DNA of 64,000 nucleotides, taken from assembly GCF_009834535.1 (NCBI RefSeq), contig NC_045711.1, positions 28,706,001 to 28,770,000 of the forward strand, written 5' to 3'. A model generated the notes under the pieces. The model was not told the DNA's origin and did no database searches. It worked only from the letters and a program-made list of their open reading frames with translations. The number at the start of each line of letters is the position of its first letter. Positions within the stretch are counted from its first letter, which is position 1. The DNA is from Camelus ferus (Eukaryota). Shown piece after piece: positions 1 through 11,615 of this stretch. The position numbers were made by a program, and so were the translations under genes.

Positions 1-45
1 GAGTCTGAAAAGAAGTAATAAAATGTGTTAAAATTTTGCCCAAAT
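1..45 (-). other. 3' splice acceptor; first 4 nt (ACTC) of a minus-strand exon that continues beyond the left edge
   Basis: Minus strand reads gggcaaaattttaacacatttttattacttcttttcag|ACTC: branch-like TTTTAAC, long pyrimidine tract, CAG at 7-5. Confidence 0.55.
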
Positions 46-1007
46 TGGTTCAGTTTAATTGGCTTATTTGAAAGGAGGACAAAAGCTGGTGAATCCTCTA
101 CTCCCAAATGTTACATTAAAGCAAAATCAAGCTATCTTACTTAGTTAAGATGATAAATTACTCTTGGAGTGCTAGTTACTAGAGGTTGTAATAAGTTTTT
201 CTTTAATTGTCTGTGTAATCTGCTCAGATAGCAAATGTTCCATATCTCACCATATAATTGTGATTCGTGTTCGCTTCATTGCACCTTTTGATTATTTAAA
301 AAAAAAAAAACTTGTAATGAAATTCAAGTTCCTCACAGTCGTAATTTCTTACTATGTTAATTTTAAAATAGTTTAATATCATTTTATTTTGATTAAATAG
401 GTAACTAATTATTGTTTCTCAGGCAGCCATGAACCTCTTGCAACCAAGTGACAAAATGTGTGTTAACACACTTGATTTTGTCTTCCCAAGAGCAGGCCCT
501 AAAATTAGGGTACAAAAATTAGGGCACATTTTCCACCTAAAAATATCTTTAGGATTTCTTAGAGGGCCTCTGGAAAATCACAGTGATCTGTTTCTTCATC
601 TTATAAAAAGAGAGATGCTAGAAATAGTTATGAGTGTTACACATGTTCCAGGCTTCTTAATTAAATCAACTCTATTCTAAATGGCATGGGAAGAATTGTC
701 AGGTTAGAAGGAATGTTCAGCCTTTTCTCTATTAAGTCGATGTAGGGAAAATGTGATAATTATGGGGTTTTTTTTCCCCCAGATACTGTACACTTCATGG
801 GAAAGCCCTGGAAATGTTTCGATGCTTTCTCTGTTCATAATGCATCCTTATCGTCAAGGAAAATAGTGATTTCTCTCTGTGAAATGTTGTGCACCATATT
901 CCAATAGAATTTGACTCCCATCATTATATTTTTGGTTATTATACTAAATTAACCACAGCCTTTCATTCTTATTATCAAAGAGGTCTCTGTCGTCCCATGA
1001 CACTCAC

Positions 1008-1071
1008 CTAAAAAGCAAGCTATAGCAAGCTCACGGCGTTTCTCCTCCAAGCTCCAGGCTGGAGTTTGCAT
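1008..1071 (-). CDS. Candidate alternative first coding exon (MQTPAWSLEEKRRELAIACFL, phase 1)
   Basis: ATG at 1071-1069 with A at -3 (aagATG); 21 open codons plus G; donor TAG|GTGAGT at 1008/1007; phase compatible with the acceptor at base 4 (G+AC = Asp). Confidence 0.3.
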
Positions 1072-1200
1072 CTTTAAGACAAAAGAGTCTTAGAGTGAGA
1101 TTCTCTGTGAATAGATTATCTGAACATTGGGTACGTCCAAGAACAGACTTTTGGTACAGGATTCTGAGCTCACACTGCTTGGATGATTGCAGGCTGCTTA

Positions 1201-1214
1201 GGCGGGCTGAGTCA
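1201..1214. promoter_or_regulatory. Adjacent GC-box core and AP-1 site
   Basis: GGCGGG (1201-1206) next to TGAGTCA (1208-1214), about 130 nt upstream of the candidate minus-strand first exon. Confidence 0.3.
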
Positions 1215-2649
1215 GGATTCCCAGGACTGTTTTTCAGTCCCGAAACAGACATACTTCACGAAAGCGAACCACTCAATCTCACCATCCAGCAGAACGTGAA
1301 CATAATACATGGAACCAATAAGAAGAATCAGAGCGTGGTTACTTGTTTAAACAGAATATTCTTAGCGCTAGTTTTTTAATGTTCATGGATCCATGACGAG
1401 GTCTTTGCTCTTCCATCTACTAAATAGCAATTTGGTAGACTAGTAGACTATGTACTTGTAAACTGAAATGAAACACTCTAAAGCAGTGTTCAGTCTCCCT
1501 GTGTCTCAGAATTCAGACGCCAGTATGCCTGCTGAGCTGCACGTGGCTCTGTCCTCTTGTGTACCAGGACTCAGCTGGACCAATGAATCATGCAACCAGG
1601 ATCACACGGGAGGTCATGTTTGAGAATCTCTCATTTAATCAGGTCCCACAGCCCAGCAGGAAGGAATAAGGCTTGACTTTATGTGTGGAGCCAATACCTA
1701 TACAATTCTTCCAAGAACATAAACCTGGGCGTGGTTCACAGGTAAGAATGGCGCTACTTCCTGGAAGGTCAGGGACTTGAGAAGACTTTGCAAGCTTCAA
1801 GAGGAGTGAAATTGAGCCAAATTCCTAAGTACTGTGCACAAAATCTGGTGGAGCATGTGCTTTGGGCTTGGCTTTCTGGTCTCAGGATAGAAAAGTAAAT
1901 GAGAGAGGGCTTTTTGAAAGTCCAAGCAAGATTTCTTGTGAAATTTCTCAACAGAAGTGAATTCTTTTGCAATAGCGTTTACTCAGTATTACACGGTTCT
2001 TGTTTTTCAGAGTAAATTCAAGGAGGGTTACATGGTTAGTCACAACCTTGCTGTGGGTCACATACAATAAGACCAGCCTTCCTGGATCAGAAGTGCAAGC
2101 TTTGTTTACGATCACAGGAGCTGAGCAGACAAAGGAAGATGCTAGAAAAGTAACCCAAATATACAAACTTCAAACTAGGAAAAAGAGATCACTGGGAGTT
2201 CTTTGAGAAAGGAACCTTAGATTTCTATAATTCTGCCTATTTTACAGGTTTACAATGGGGCAAAGAGGAAGACTTTTGTCCAGCAAAGATGCAAATGTTT
2301 TCTGACCAGTGAAATAGTAATTCCAAAGGTATATTACCCTGTATGGCATTAGCCAATGCTGCATCTGATTCAGTAATCCAAACTTTCTCTTATTAAATTT
2401 TATATATCTATGCACATTCACATGCACACGTGTGTCCCTGCTTACATTGGTTCTAACATCCCATTTATGTCATCCAGTAGTTAATAATGAATAAATGACT
2501 TAGTAATGAGTTGATGTTAAGTAAACTCTTTGACATGTGTTTTTGTTTGGCCCTTGTTTGGTGAATGAAGAATGATGGCATGTCTACAGAACCAGCTCGC
2601 TGTCTTATACATGAGGTTGATTTTTACTTCCTGTAGAAAATCTTTATTA

Positions 2650-3715
2650 ACATAGATGAGAGGGAAGAGTGTAGATTACCAGTAATAGGAAACAGGTGAG
2701 TAAGGGAAGTGACGTGTAGAGGCACTAAATTAGGATTTAACACAGAGTGAAGATTGTTTTTTGTTTTTTAAAGAGGAAGAGTGGGTGTGTTGATTGACAC
2801 GTTGGTTGGCTAGGTGGAAAGAACTAGTGAAGTTGTCCAGACACCAGAGCGGGAGATTGTTGTAGCCACGTGTAGAAAGGGGTAGGGCAAAACACTTTGG
2901 GATAAGCTTTGAACGGAAGACTGAGATGGTATGGAAAAAGTAGAGGTAACAGGAATCAGGAAGGTAGTGAGACTAAGAAAATGAAATTGTAGCAATCTGC
3001 TTGATGGTAGATTTTCTCCTGTAGCCCAAAGCCATTCAAATAGGAAAAAAAAGCAAAAAAAGCATTGTTTTCTTTGCAGTGATACACTGGAAACATTTAT
3101 AGGAGCTCATGGGACCAGAGGTCACACTGAATTTAGTGAGAATGAGAGAATGCAAAGTTGAAGGAAGAGGAAGTGAAATATTAGAGGTTAAAACCGTAAT
3201 AAGACAAATCTAGAGGTCACGCGTGGGAGTGAGAGTTGCTGAAAGAGGAAAGTTAAAAGTCTCAGCTATGCGTTTAAGGAAAAGCCAAACCAGCATGTTG
3301 CCTATGGCATTTACATGGGTAGCCACACCATCTTCTGAAGTTGGGTGGTGACAATAAGTCATCAGTGGTACTAAAGCAAGTGACTTTATTAGTCAAGAAA
3401 TTGACAAATGCTCATAAACAAGAGTGGAGAGAAGTACTGATGAATAATTTTACCTAAAAAGGAAAAGAGGGATTTTTGTTTTGTTTTTGTTTGCTTTCAA
3501 GGGTATGTAAGAATAGATTGAGAGTTGCAGGATAATAGAAAACTGACCCTAACTTTGGACCGTGTCTGTCACAAGATGCATGAATGTGTAAGGACCAAGC
3601 ACTGGACAGGACCCCAATAAAAACTGGGGTTCACAGGAGAGAGCCAGGTTTCAGTTACGTTCAGAAAGAGGATGAAGCAGCTTGTAAAGAAGTAGATATT
3701 ATGAAGTAGTTTTTT
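2650..3715 (-). mobile_element. L2 LINE, degraded
   Basis: Purine-rich antisense L2-like text including the motif ggagagagccaggtttcagtt near 3637-3657. Confidence 0.55.
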
Positions 3716-3724
3716 ATAATGAAA

Positions 3725-3915
3725 TAAAGGCTTTAGAGCTCAGGAGGCCCTACAAATTACATGGTGTAAATCCTCGCTCTTCACTTGCCAGTGAAACCTG
3801 TTTTACCCCTGGGCCTTGTTTATCTATTCAAGAAGAAAGGGATGATGATAACATTAACTCCGTGTTAAATACTTATCCAGCGCTTGACATGTAATTAGTG
3901 CTTTGTAAATGTTAG
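3725..3915 (+). mobile_element. MIR SINE
   Basis: ggctttagagctcag...ctgggccttgtttatctattcaag...cagcgcttgacatgtaattagtgctttgtaaatgttag resembles the MIR core and 3' end. Confidence 0.6.
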
Positions 3916-4370
3916 GTGGTATTTATACGGTGCCAAGGAGATCAGTAGGGGGCCAACTAGCCAATGGGAAATGCAGAGGCAAACTGGGAAGAGAGCATGA
4001 CAGAGAACTGGAGGCTGAAGTGTTCTGCATTGCGGGATAGAGAAATACTTTAAGAAACAGACAGTGTGGGCCAGAACTGAGCAATGCCGCTGAGAATGTG
4101 ATTGAGTGGGAGGTTGGAAGACATATTTTGAAGACAGAAGGTATAGGACTAGATAAATAGTTACAAGTGGTTAAAAAAAAATTAAAAAAAAAAATAGTTC
4201 CAGGTGGTTCTGTGAGAGAGAGCGTGGATGAAAGATTTCCAGGCTTGGAGCCTCTGTGACTAGAATGGTGACACCACCGACAAAAGTACGAAATTTAAGA
4301 GGAAGTTCAATCTGGGAAAGGGGTGTGGCGATTCCGGGATTACTTCTGTTTAAAACATAGTGACTTGTAA

Positions 4371-4754
4371 AAATTCCATATGCTGTCACTTATATGTGGA
4401 ATATGAAAAAAAAAAAAAAGACAAACGAACTTATTTACAAAACAGAAACAGATTCACAGACATAGAAAACAAACTTACGGTTACCAGCGGGGACAGGGAG
4501 TGGGAGGGGATAAATTGGGAGCTCAAGGTTTGCAGATACTAAACTACTATATACAAAATAGATAAACAAGTTCATGCTGTATGGCCCGGGGAGCTATATT
4601 CTGTATCTTGTAGTAACTTATGGTGAAAAAGAATATGAAGACGAATATATGTATGTGCATGTATGACAGAAGCATTGTGCTGTACACCCGAAACTGACAC
4701 ATTGTAAACAACTGACTATATTTCAATAAAAAATATATATATATAAAATATACA
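4371..4754 (+). mobile_element. L1 3' end (cetartiodactyl-type 3' UTR), 5'-truncated
   Basis: tcacttatatgtggaat...gaacttatttacaaaacagaaacag...G-rich tract...gactatatttcaataaaaa. Confidence 0.9.
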
Positions 4755-4920
4755 GGGGAGGGTATTGCTCAAGTGTTAGAGTGCATGCTTAGCCTGCACA
4801 AGGTCCTGGGTTCAATTCCCAGTACCTCCTCTAAAATAAACAAACCTAAATACCTCCCCCCTCCAAATAAAATAATTAAATAATACAATAATAAATTAAT
4901 TTTGAAAATAAATTTTAAAA
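4755..4920 (+). mobile_element. vic-1-type camelid SINE (tRNA-Ala-derived head, A-rich tail)
   Basis: ggggagggtattgctcaagtgttagagtgcatgcttagc...ggtcctgggttcaattcccagtacctcc with A/B boxes, then aaacctaaatacctcccccc and an AT-rich tail. Confidence 0.85.
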
Positions 4921-4927
4921 AGTGACT

Positions 4928-4990
4928 TATAATTGACTAGACTTCAATAAAGACAAATAAATAAATAAAAGGCCAAAAAAAAAAAAATAC
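4928..4990 (+). mobile_element. Tiny L1 extreme 3' tail
   Basis: ataattgactagacttcaataaa followed by an A-rich tail; matches the last ~25 nt of other L1 tails in the window; bounded by agtgact copies. Confidence 0.55.
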
Positions 4991-5070
4991 AGTGACTCGA
5001 TTATGCTAGTCAAACATTCAAGTGAAGATATCCTGTGGGCAGTTGGAAACGTGGGACCAGAGATTAAGGG

Positions 5071-5452
5071 TGTGGCAGAGACTGGCTAAACGCTCACTAC
5101 CAGTTCCATGTAGCCCCCGGAGCTACACAGAAATATTCCATTTTTGGCTTCCTTGCACTTTGTTTGTAGCCGTGTGACCAGTGTGACCATGGAACAGGAG
5201 AAGGAGGGAGGCACACCGCTTCCAGGACGATCCTCAGAATGTTTCCATTTCTTTCTCTTCCCCTGCCATTTGCATGACTGCAAGCGAACTATATCGGCAT
5301 GGCTCAGCCAGATCAGAAAAGAAGGCTGTTTCCCTAAATCACATTCAGGGACATAGACACCTTCAGCCCTGGACTGTGATCAAAGCGGGCAAACAGACTT
5401 ACTGCTTTAAGCCAATGGTATTTCTACCTAGCCTACAACAACTAATAAAACA
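5071..5452 (+). mobile_element. MLT1-type MaLR solo LTR
   Basis: Starts tgtggcagagactggcta; internal gcttccttgcac...gtgtgacca, cagccctggactg, ttactgctttaagcca; ends ...actaataaaaca. Confidence 0.7.
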
Positions 5453-5499
5453 GTGAGACTGGAGAGCTACAGAACTATCTTCTAAGCCACTGCATATGT

Positions 5500-5665
5500 T
5501 CCCAGATAAAAATGTGTGCACGAGCTGCATCTAAATTACCTGGACATGGTGCTTTTAAAAATGAATATTCCTGACCCTGAACTAGATCAGCTGGTTTAGA
5601 TGCTCTGGTGAGGAGCCCCTGAAATTTTATTCTTACCAAGCAGCCTAGGTAATTCTGAAGCGGAA
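5500..5665 (+). mobile_element. MER5-family hAT-Charlie MITE
   Basis: aattacctgg...ttttaaaaatgaatattcctgacc...ttcttaccaagcagcctaggtaattctga. Confidence 0.6.
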
Positions 5666-5915
5666 TTCCACCTGTCTAGGAAAATAGTGGAAGTCATGAA
5701 CTGGAAAGGGGAAGAGAGAAAGTGAGGGCAGGGATGACGGTTAAGGGTCAAGATAAAGAACTTGGAGAGTACTTGCATTTCTGCAATGAAAGAAGAAAAA
5801 AGAAGCTAAAGACAGTGTTTAAAAAAAATAAAGACAACAACAAGGAAAGCAGAAGACAAAACAAGAGAAGATTTCAAGCACTTTTGGTTCATCTATAATG
5901 TCAAATATTTCATGA

Positions 5916-6081
5916 CAGTGCTTCTCAAGTGTTCAGGCATAGACGAACTGCAGGAGCTATTCTGTTCAGCTACAGATACGATTTCAGTAGGTCTGAAGGG
6001 AGACAAGAGCTTCTGCATGGCTACCAAGCTCCCAGGTGATGCTGACGCTGCAGACCCACAGACCACACTTCAAGTAGCAAG
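5916..6081 (-). mobile_element. MER5A-type hAT-Charlie MITE
   Basis: cagtgcttctcaag...aagctcccaggtgatgctgacgctgcagacccacagaccacacttcaagtagcaag. Confidence 0.8.
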
Positions 6082-6688
6082 ACTTTAGAGACATTGATGC
6101 AGCTTAACAAGGAACCAGCCATTGGCTTTTCTAACTAGGGTGTCAACGGTGACTTTCAATGAAGAGGTTTTTAAGATGGTAAAGAAGAAAGCCAGAGGAC
6201 GTGGGTTTAAGGACCGTGTGGGTAACAACACAAGAGACACATTTCTTTTGGACTCTACTTGAAAACTGAGGCTAAAGAGAAGAGAACGGAAAAAACACAC
6301 AAGTGGAGCAGGGTTCTGGACAGGAAAATTATTTAATATAAAGAACATGGTGGGCTGAGATAAAAAGTAAATTAGAAATGTCAGACATTTACCATCTACT
6401 GCTTAGGAAGATAAAAGTCCAATAACACTTTCCTTAACTAAGTCAAAAATCAGTCAATAACACTCCCCCCATATTAGGAAGACCTTAAAATATTTAGCTC
6501 TCATTACCTTATCCCCATCTTACATACCATTGTTTTCCAGGATTTTGTTTCCACATCGCTTCCTTTCCTTATTAAATTAATCACTGCTGTTGCTGCCTTA
6601 CGTGAACCCACAGTTTCTTTTCTCATCGTGCCTTCTTGATAATTAATGTTTTCCATGTGGGTTTAGTATCCTTCTTCCTGAGTCGTCT

Positions 6689-6905
6689 TGCTACTCAAAA
6701 TCTAACTGGATCAACAGTTTGGGTGTCACTTGGGAGCTTAGTAGAAATATAGAACCTTCAGGATCTAGATGTAATGAATCAGAATCTGTATATCGACAAA
6801 ATCCCTAGGGGACTTCCAGGCACATGAGAGCCTGAGAAGTTCGAAGTGGGACCTACGATGCTACATTTCTGACACCTTCCAGGGAAGGCCCATGCTGGTC
6901 CAAGA
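6689..6905 (+). mobile_element. MER5A-type MITE plus adjacent MER5 fragment
   Basis: ttgctactcaaaa...tcacttgggagcttagtagaaatatagaacc...gaatcagaatctg. Confidence 0.7.
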
Positions 6906-6924
6906 GATAAGAGATTGAGGTTAA

Positions 6925-7770
6925 TTTAATATCATTTGCTGGTAATAATCTTAGGTTTTGATGCTTGAAAACATCTTTATTTTTGCTTATCTTGGAGGTA
7001 TTGTTTAGTGTGACATGAAATTTGAGGTCAAGAGTTATTTTTTTCTTTCATTTGAGAGGTGGTCCTCTGTTTCCTAATTTTGTTTCTTTTTGGGAAATTT
7101 TCTAGTCAGATAATTGTCCCTCCTTTCTAGGTAATCTGTTTTTTTTTCTCTTGATGTTCTAAAAATGTTCTCTTTGTCTTTCTATAGTTTCTTTACTCAT
7201 GGTTTAATTGAGAATTTCTTTTTTCTTTAAAATACTGCTTCAAGTCTACTGTGATTCCAGAATCTAAGGATTTGAGTCTTATAAAAAAATTAAAAAATTG
7301 TGGAATGTTCTTACTTATTTTCTCTGTGAATATTACCTACTCTGTGTTTTCCCTGTTCTCTCCTTCTGGGATGCTTTTTAAACATTTGGTGAATCTTCTT
7401 TGTTTCTTTTAACCTCTGTCTTTTATGTTAAGATTTTGGCCTCTCTCTATTGCATTCTGTATAATTTTTTGAGATCTACCCTTCAGTTTACTAATTTTCT
7501 CTCCAGTTGTGCTTTACCTTCTGTTTAACATTTTCACTGAATTTAATTTCAATGACTATATAGCCATATTTTCTATTGATGTATGTCTTTCTAGGTTTTT
7601 TCCCAAGACTATAATGTTTGGTTTCATGGATTTTGTTCCACCGTTTCTCTATTAAATCAATTCAAATGCATTTTTTAAAAAAAAATACGCATCCATAATT
7701 TACTCTATCAAATATTTTTGGAAATCTAACATGTTCTTCATGCAGGATCTTGCTTATGGTGGCTTGTTTC
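6925..7770 (-). mobile_element. Ancient L1M/HAL1 ORF1-region fragment
   Basis: T-rich antisense text typical of L1ME/HAL1 ORF1 (ttctctccttctgggatgc..., gatctacccttcagtttactaattttctctccagttgtg). Confidence 0.65.
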
Positions 7771-7839
7771 CTTGAGCGGTCCTTCTCAGGCTTCAATATA
7801 TATCTGAATCATATATATTTTGGGTCATCTTATAAAATT

Positions 7840-7948
7840 GTATGTTTTGATTCCCTCAGCCTTGGTTAAGGCCTGAGGGTCTTCATTTCTAATAAGCTCC
7901 CAGTAATTTTGATGCTGTTGGTCCGCATGTCAGTCTTTGAGTAGCAAG
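7840..7948 (-). mobile_element. MER5A fragment
   Basis: atttctaataagctcccagtaattttgatgctgttggtcc...ctttgagtagcaag. Confidence 0.65.
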
Positions 7949-8109
7949 TCCTAGAGTATTTTATTATTTTCTACTACTTACTTACATTTGAGGGCGACTG
8001 GTATGGAGCTTTATGTGAGCTGGACTGAAAAATCCCTCTGGAAATTGTGTTAACGTCTGTCAGGAACATTAAATTGGGACAATTTTGTGTGAACATATGT
8101 GTGTATTAT

Positions 8110-8111
<2 letters not shown>

Positions 8112-8145
<34 letters not shown>
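8112..8145. repeat. Poly(T) run, 34 nt
   Basis: Uninterrupted T run. Confidence 0.95.
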
Positions 8146-8146
<1 letters not shown>

Positions 8147-9621
8147 ACTTGTGATTTTTCAGGACCATTCAAGTAGCATGAATCTGTATGCCAAAGTGCT
8201 TTAGGGCTGGCTTGTTACGAGCTCTCAGAGGAGACTTTCTCCCTCCCTCCCGTCTAATGCAGAGCCAGAATAAGAAAGCCAAAATTGTGTGTCATATCTC
8301 TTGGCTGGTGGGTGGACATTTTCTATTCTCCTCCCTCATTAAAGGTGTAATCCTTCAAAAGCCTCATTTTCTTTGATGGTGTCAGGTCCAACTTCTTGCC
8401 TTGTATGGGCCAAACATGTTCTCTTCTCTTCCAGTTTATTTATTAAACCCGAGTCCTCAGGACAGCCAAACAGTGGGTGGCAGCTTACCCTATGGCCCCA
8501 GCTTTCTTTTCATTTTTTTTTTTGACCTCTTCGAGTGTTCCTTATATTTTATCTAGTATTTCTAGATGTTGGGGTATATTTCAATTTATCTAGTATACAG
8601 TGTCATTGGGATACAAATCTGTTCAACATTTGGGAGGGTTTCTAAAAGGGATGGTTAGAATTTTTTTTTTAATGCCTAATGTTAACAGTTAAAATCCCAA
8701 GAATCTGGAAGGTCTCAATTCTAAATGACTTCCAAATAGATGGAATTTTACTTTATTTAACATTTTGTCAACTAAACTCCACCATTATTACCCTGAATTT
8801 TTCCCTTTTTAACCATTTGTGTTGGCGTAATATAGACACAGCCTGAATCATCACGAGGGGTGGAAATGGGGTTTGAATCTATAAAAAACTTTAAAAAAAA
8901 AAAAAAAGATGTGATGCCATGGAGACCGATGATTTTTTTTTTTTCCTTCTCTCTCCTGGGGAAAGATTCAGAACCAAAGGTATGAGCAGCTTTAATTTCA
9001 GATTACTCAACCCAAGAACAAGTATGTCAGCTGTAAGCTTTTGCAAATGTTTTCGGCCCTGGTAACGAAGACACTCTCGAAGAGATGATCCCACTTATGC
9101 TTTATTCCCCTTTCTTAACAATGAACTGGCAGAGAAAATAGTCATGTAGGCACTTTACTGCTCAGAGCCTTTAATTCTCTAAACTGCCCTATAAAAGAAT
9201 AAAACACAATCTAAGCAGCTAAGTGCCCCCTCGCCTTGCACTTGAAATATCTGGGGCAATCATGAGTGCGGATGGAACATGCTTATAGGACCCAAGGACC
9301 ATAGGGAAGACAGTGGACCCACGTGGCTTAGAATCCTGGGAGGATAAAAAAGGCTTTAGAGATTCTTCTATCACGTTGCTTCCAGATTATCTAGTGTGAT
9401 GCTCAAAAGAGGCTTTAGACCCAAGAATGATTTAAGCAATCTTTGGGAGTAAAACAGCACAGAGAAAGAGAGCAAAGTGCTATCCAGCAGGGGGAAATAA
9501 CAGGAGGAAGGCCAAAGTATGAGTGAGCATCTTAAATATAGCAAGCAGTAGTACAGATTCATGTAGTCATCCATTCATGCCTGAACGCCAGGGATGACAG
9601 GCTGGTGAGATGGAAAGAATA

Positions 9622-9870
9622 TAAAGCGGTGCTTAAATGCACGTGCTCTGGAGACAGTCTAACTGGCTTCAAATCCCACCTTTCCCACTTACTAGGTATA
9701 GGGTCTTGCACAACTCACTTAATTTCACTAAGCCTCAGTTTCTTCATCTATAAAAGAAAAGCAGCAAACTTTATGAGGTTGTTGAAATCATTATTTTGAA
9801 ATCATAATGCAAATTGCTTAGCACCATGCCTGGCATCTGGCATGTGCCCCAAAACAATTAAGATGATGAA
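9622..9870 (+). mobile_element. MIR SINE
   Basis: gctctggagacag...ggcttcaaatccc...aagcctcagtttcttcatctataaaa...gcttagcaccatgcctggca. Confidence 0.8.
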
Positions 9871-10125
9871 GATGACAGTGGTGATGGCATTAGAGTTAGT
9901 CAGGGTGTGGACAAGGAGGCTGAAAATCAGATCATGCTTGTTTCTTTGATTGTTTATTCATCTGTTTAATTATACACCAGACATTTAACACACATCAGAT
10001 ATCATTCTAGGTATTGGGAATTCTGGTTGAGAATGTTAAGCAGAAAACAAAGGTTAGTGCTGTTTCACAGACTGGCCAAAGCTGAGAAGAACAAACTCCA
10101 GACGGGAGGAGGCTCCACAACTCAC

Positions 10126-10160
10126 CGCAGTTCATCACTGGTGTACTTGACTTAATCCAC
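10126..10160 (-). CDS. Candidate 35-nt micro-exon (xWIKSSTPVMNCx; also has its own ATG, M-N-C)
   Basis: Minus strand gtggttttattgtag|GTGGATTAAGTCAAGTACACCAGTGATGAACTGCG|gtgagt; only one frame is open (phase 2 in, phase 1 out); no repeat recognised here. Confidence 0.45.
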
Positions 10161-10552
10161 CTACAATAAAACCACTGCTAGATGACACCAGGTGTTCAGA
10201 CTGAATCCACTGATGTGTTTCCTCACGTGTCACTTCTGACTTTGTATATGAAGAAAAAGTTGGCCATGATGGCAGCAACATACGGCAATAAGAAGTCGTC
10301 CTGCAAGACGATAGATCATAGTTACTTCTGAATTACCCGCTGTCCTGCCAGGAGCTTGACTCTTCCTCAGGATTATTCCAGTACAACAGAAAGTGCCCTG
10401 AAGTGCCTTGGAGTCTGAAATTCACGTCTGAGTGCTGATTTGCCCACATCCCAGTTGTAGGAATCTTACCATGTGAATACTCCTTTCTGATCTTCAGTTT
10501 CCTCGTTATATTCAGGACTGTGAAATTAACTAGCTAATGGGAAATCACACAG

Positions 10553-10900
10553 TGTGGTGGATATTTGTGGATAGGTCAAGTGTTTCCAGATCCTCTTTCC
10601 ACCATGTTTTACCCACACCACGGGGATACTGCATCAAAGGACTCCCTTGCCTCTGACTTCTGGTTGAATTTGGCCAACAGGAAGCACAGGATAGGTGGGA
10701 GGAGAGTGATGTCAGAGTATTTATCACCTCGTATAACCCCACATACTCTGTGTCATAACTAAGCAAAGTTCATAACTACCGTCAGAAGTCCTCTCTGCAT
10801 AGTTCGCTCTCTAACTACTGGTAGTTGCTACCTCCCCACATCCCTCAGGTAGCAATCGGTAAATCAGTTGGCTCATCTTCTGGTTTTTCCAGTTTGGGGA
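10553..10900 (+). mobile_element. LTR33-like ERVL solo LTR
   Basis: tgtggtggata...ccagatcctctttccacc...gactcccttgcctctgacttctggttgaatttggccaacaggaagcac...gtcagagtatttat. Confidence 0.7.
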
Positions 10901-11419
10901 ACTCATTCCAACTGTATCCAGAACAAAAGGAGTTCCCTACTGAGCAATGTGTTCCCTGTCTCAGCAATGCACCGAATGCTCACTGGCCTTTGCCATTCAT
11001 TCATTTTTCGAGGCAAGGTAATTTCTAAGAATGGGAAATATTTGGGCGTTAAAATTTATTGCCTGTTGTTGAATGTGTTCCCGTTAAACATTCTGTGGCC
11101 ACCAAAGGTTCAAGATATTGAACCTAGAAGTTTAGATTATTATTTTTGCACCAGCGAAAGGCAAAGTGTAAGGTGAAAAGATGAACTAGTTCTCTACGAT
11201 GACAAGTTGTAATGCTTCAAGATCTGCTTTATGGAGTATTTCTTCCAAATGTGGAATTCAGTTATTTTCCATCAAAAAAAGAATTCTTTCGATATTTTCG
11301 CCAGAGATTCCAAGCACTTAGCCCCTCTTCAAGCATGGTCATTGCACCATTCCCCAAATACATATGTTTCAGATCTTTGAGTTGATTTGGTTTGGTTTGT
11401 AATATCATGGCTGCATGGC

Positions 11420-11615
11420 AAAATGATCTGTAATTTAGGAGCCTTGAGTTTTAATGTTGTCATTCTTACCCGCTCTCTATCCTGGGGGACCTCATTTACC
11501 TTCTCTCTGTCTTTTAACATATTCTTAACCAAAATGGGAAAATCACTCTTGCCTCCTTTCTCAAGGAATTGCTATCAGATAACCTAAGATACCTTGTCTA
11601 TAAGTACTTTAAGTA
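11420..11615 (+). mobile_element. MIR/MIR3 SINE
   Basis: ggagccttgagttttaatg...gacctcatttaccttctctctgtc...aaaatggg...tctcaaggaattgcta. Confidence 0.55.

Larger units (their letters stand above)
3960..6340 (-). mobile_element. L2 LINE, broken up by L1, vic-1, MLT1 and MER5 insertions
   Basis: Collinear antisense L2 pieces at about 3960-4358, 4991-5070, 5680-5915 and 6085-6340 (e.g. caaacattcaagtgaagatatcc; cattggcttttctaactagggtgtcaacggtgactt). Confidence 0.7.

Noticed and set aside
1-4. Assigning a gene name from the exon start ACTC (e.g. CYP19A1 exon II, RUNX1T1)
   Set aside because: Four bases are not diagnostic, and the recalled acceptor contexts of those genes do not match.
4755-4829. 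tRNA-Ala-like genes at 4755 and 12596
   Set aside because: Degenerate stems, SINE-specific tail, A-rich end and TSD show these are SINE heads, not tRNA genes.
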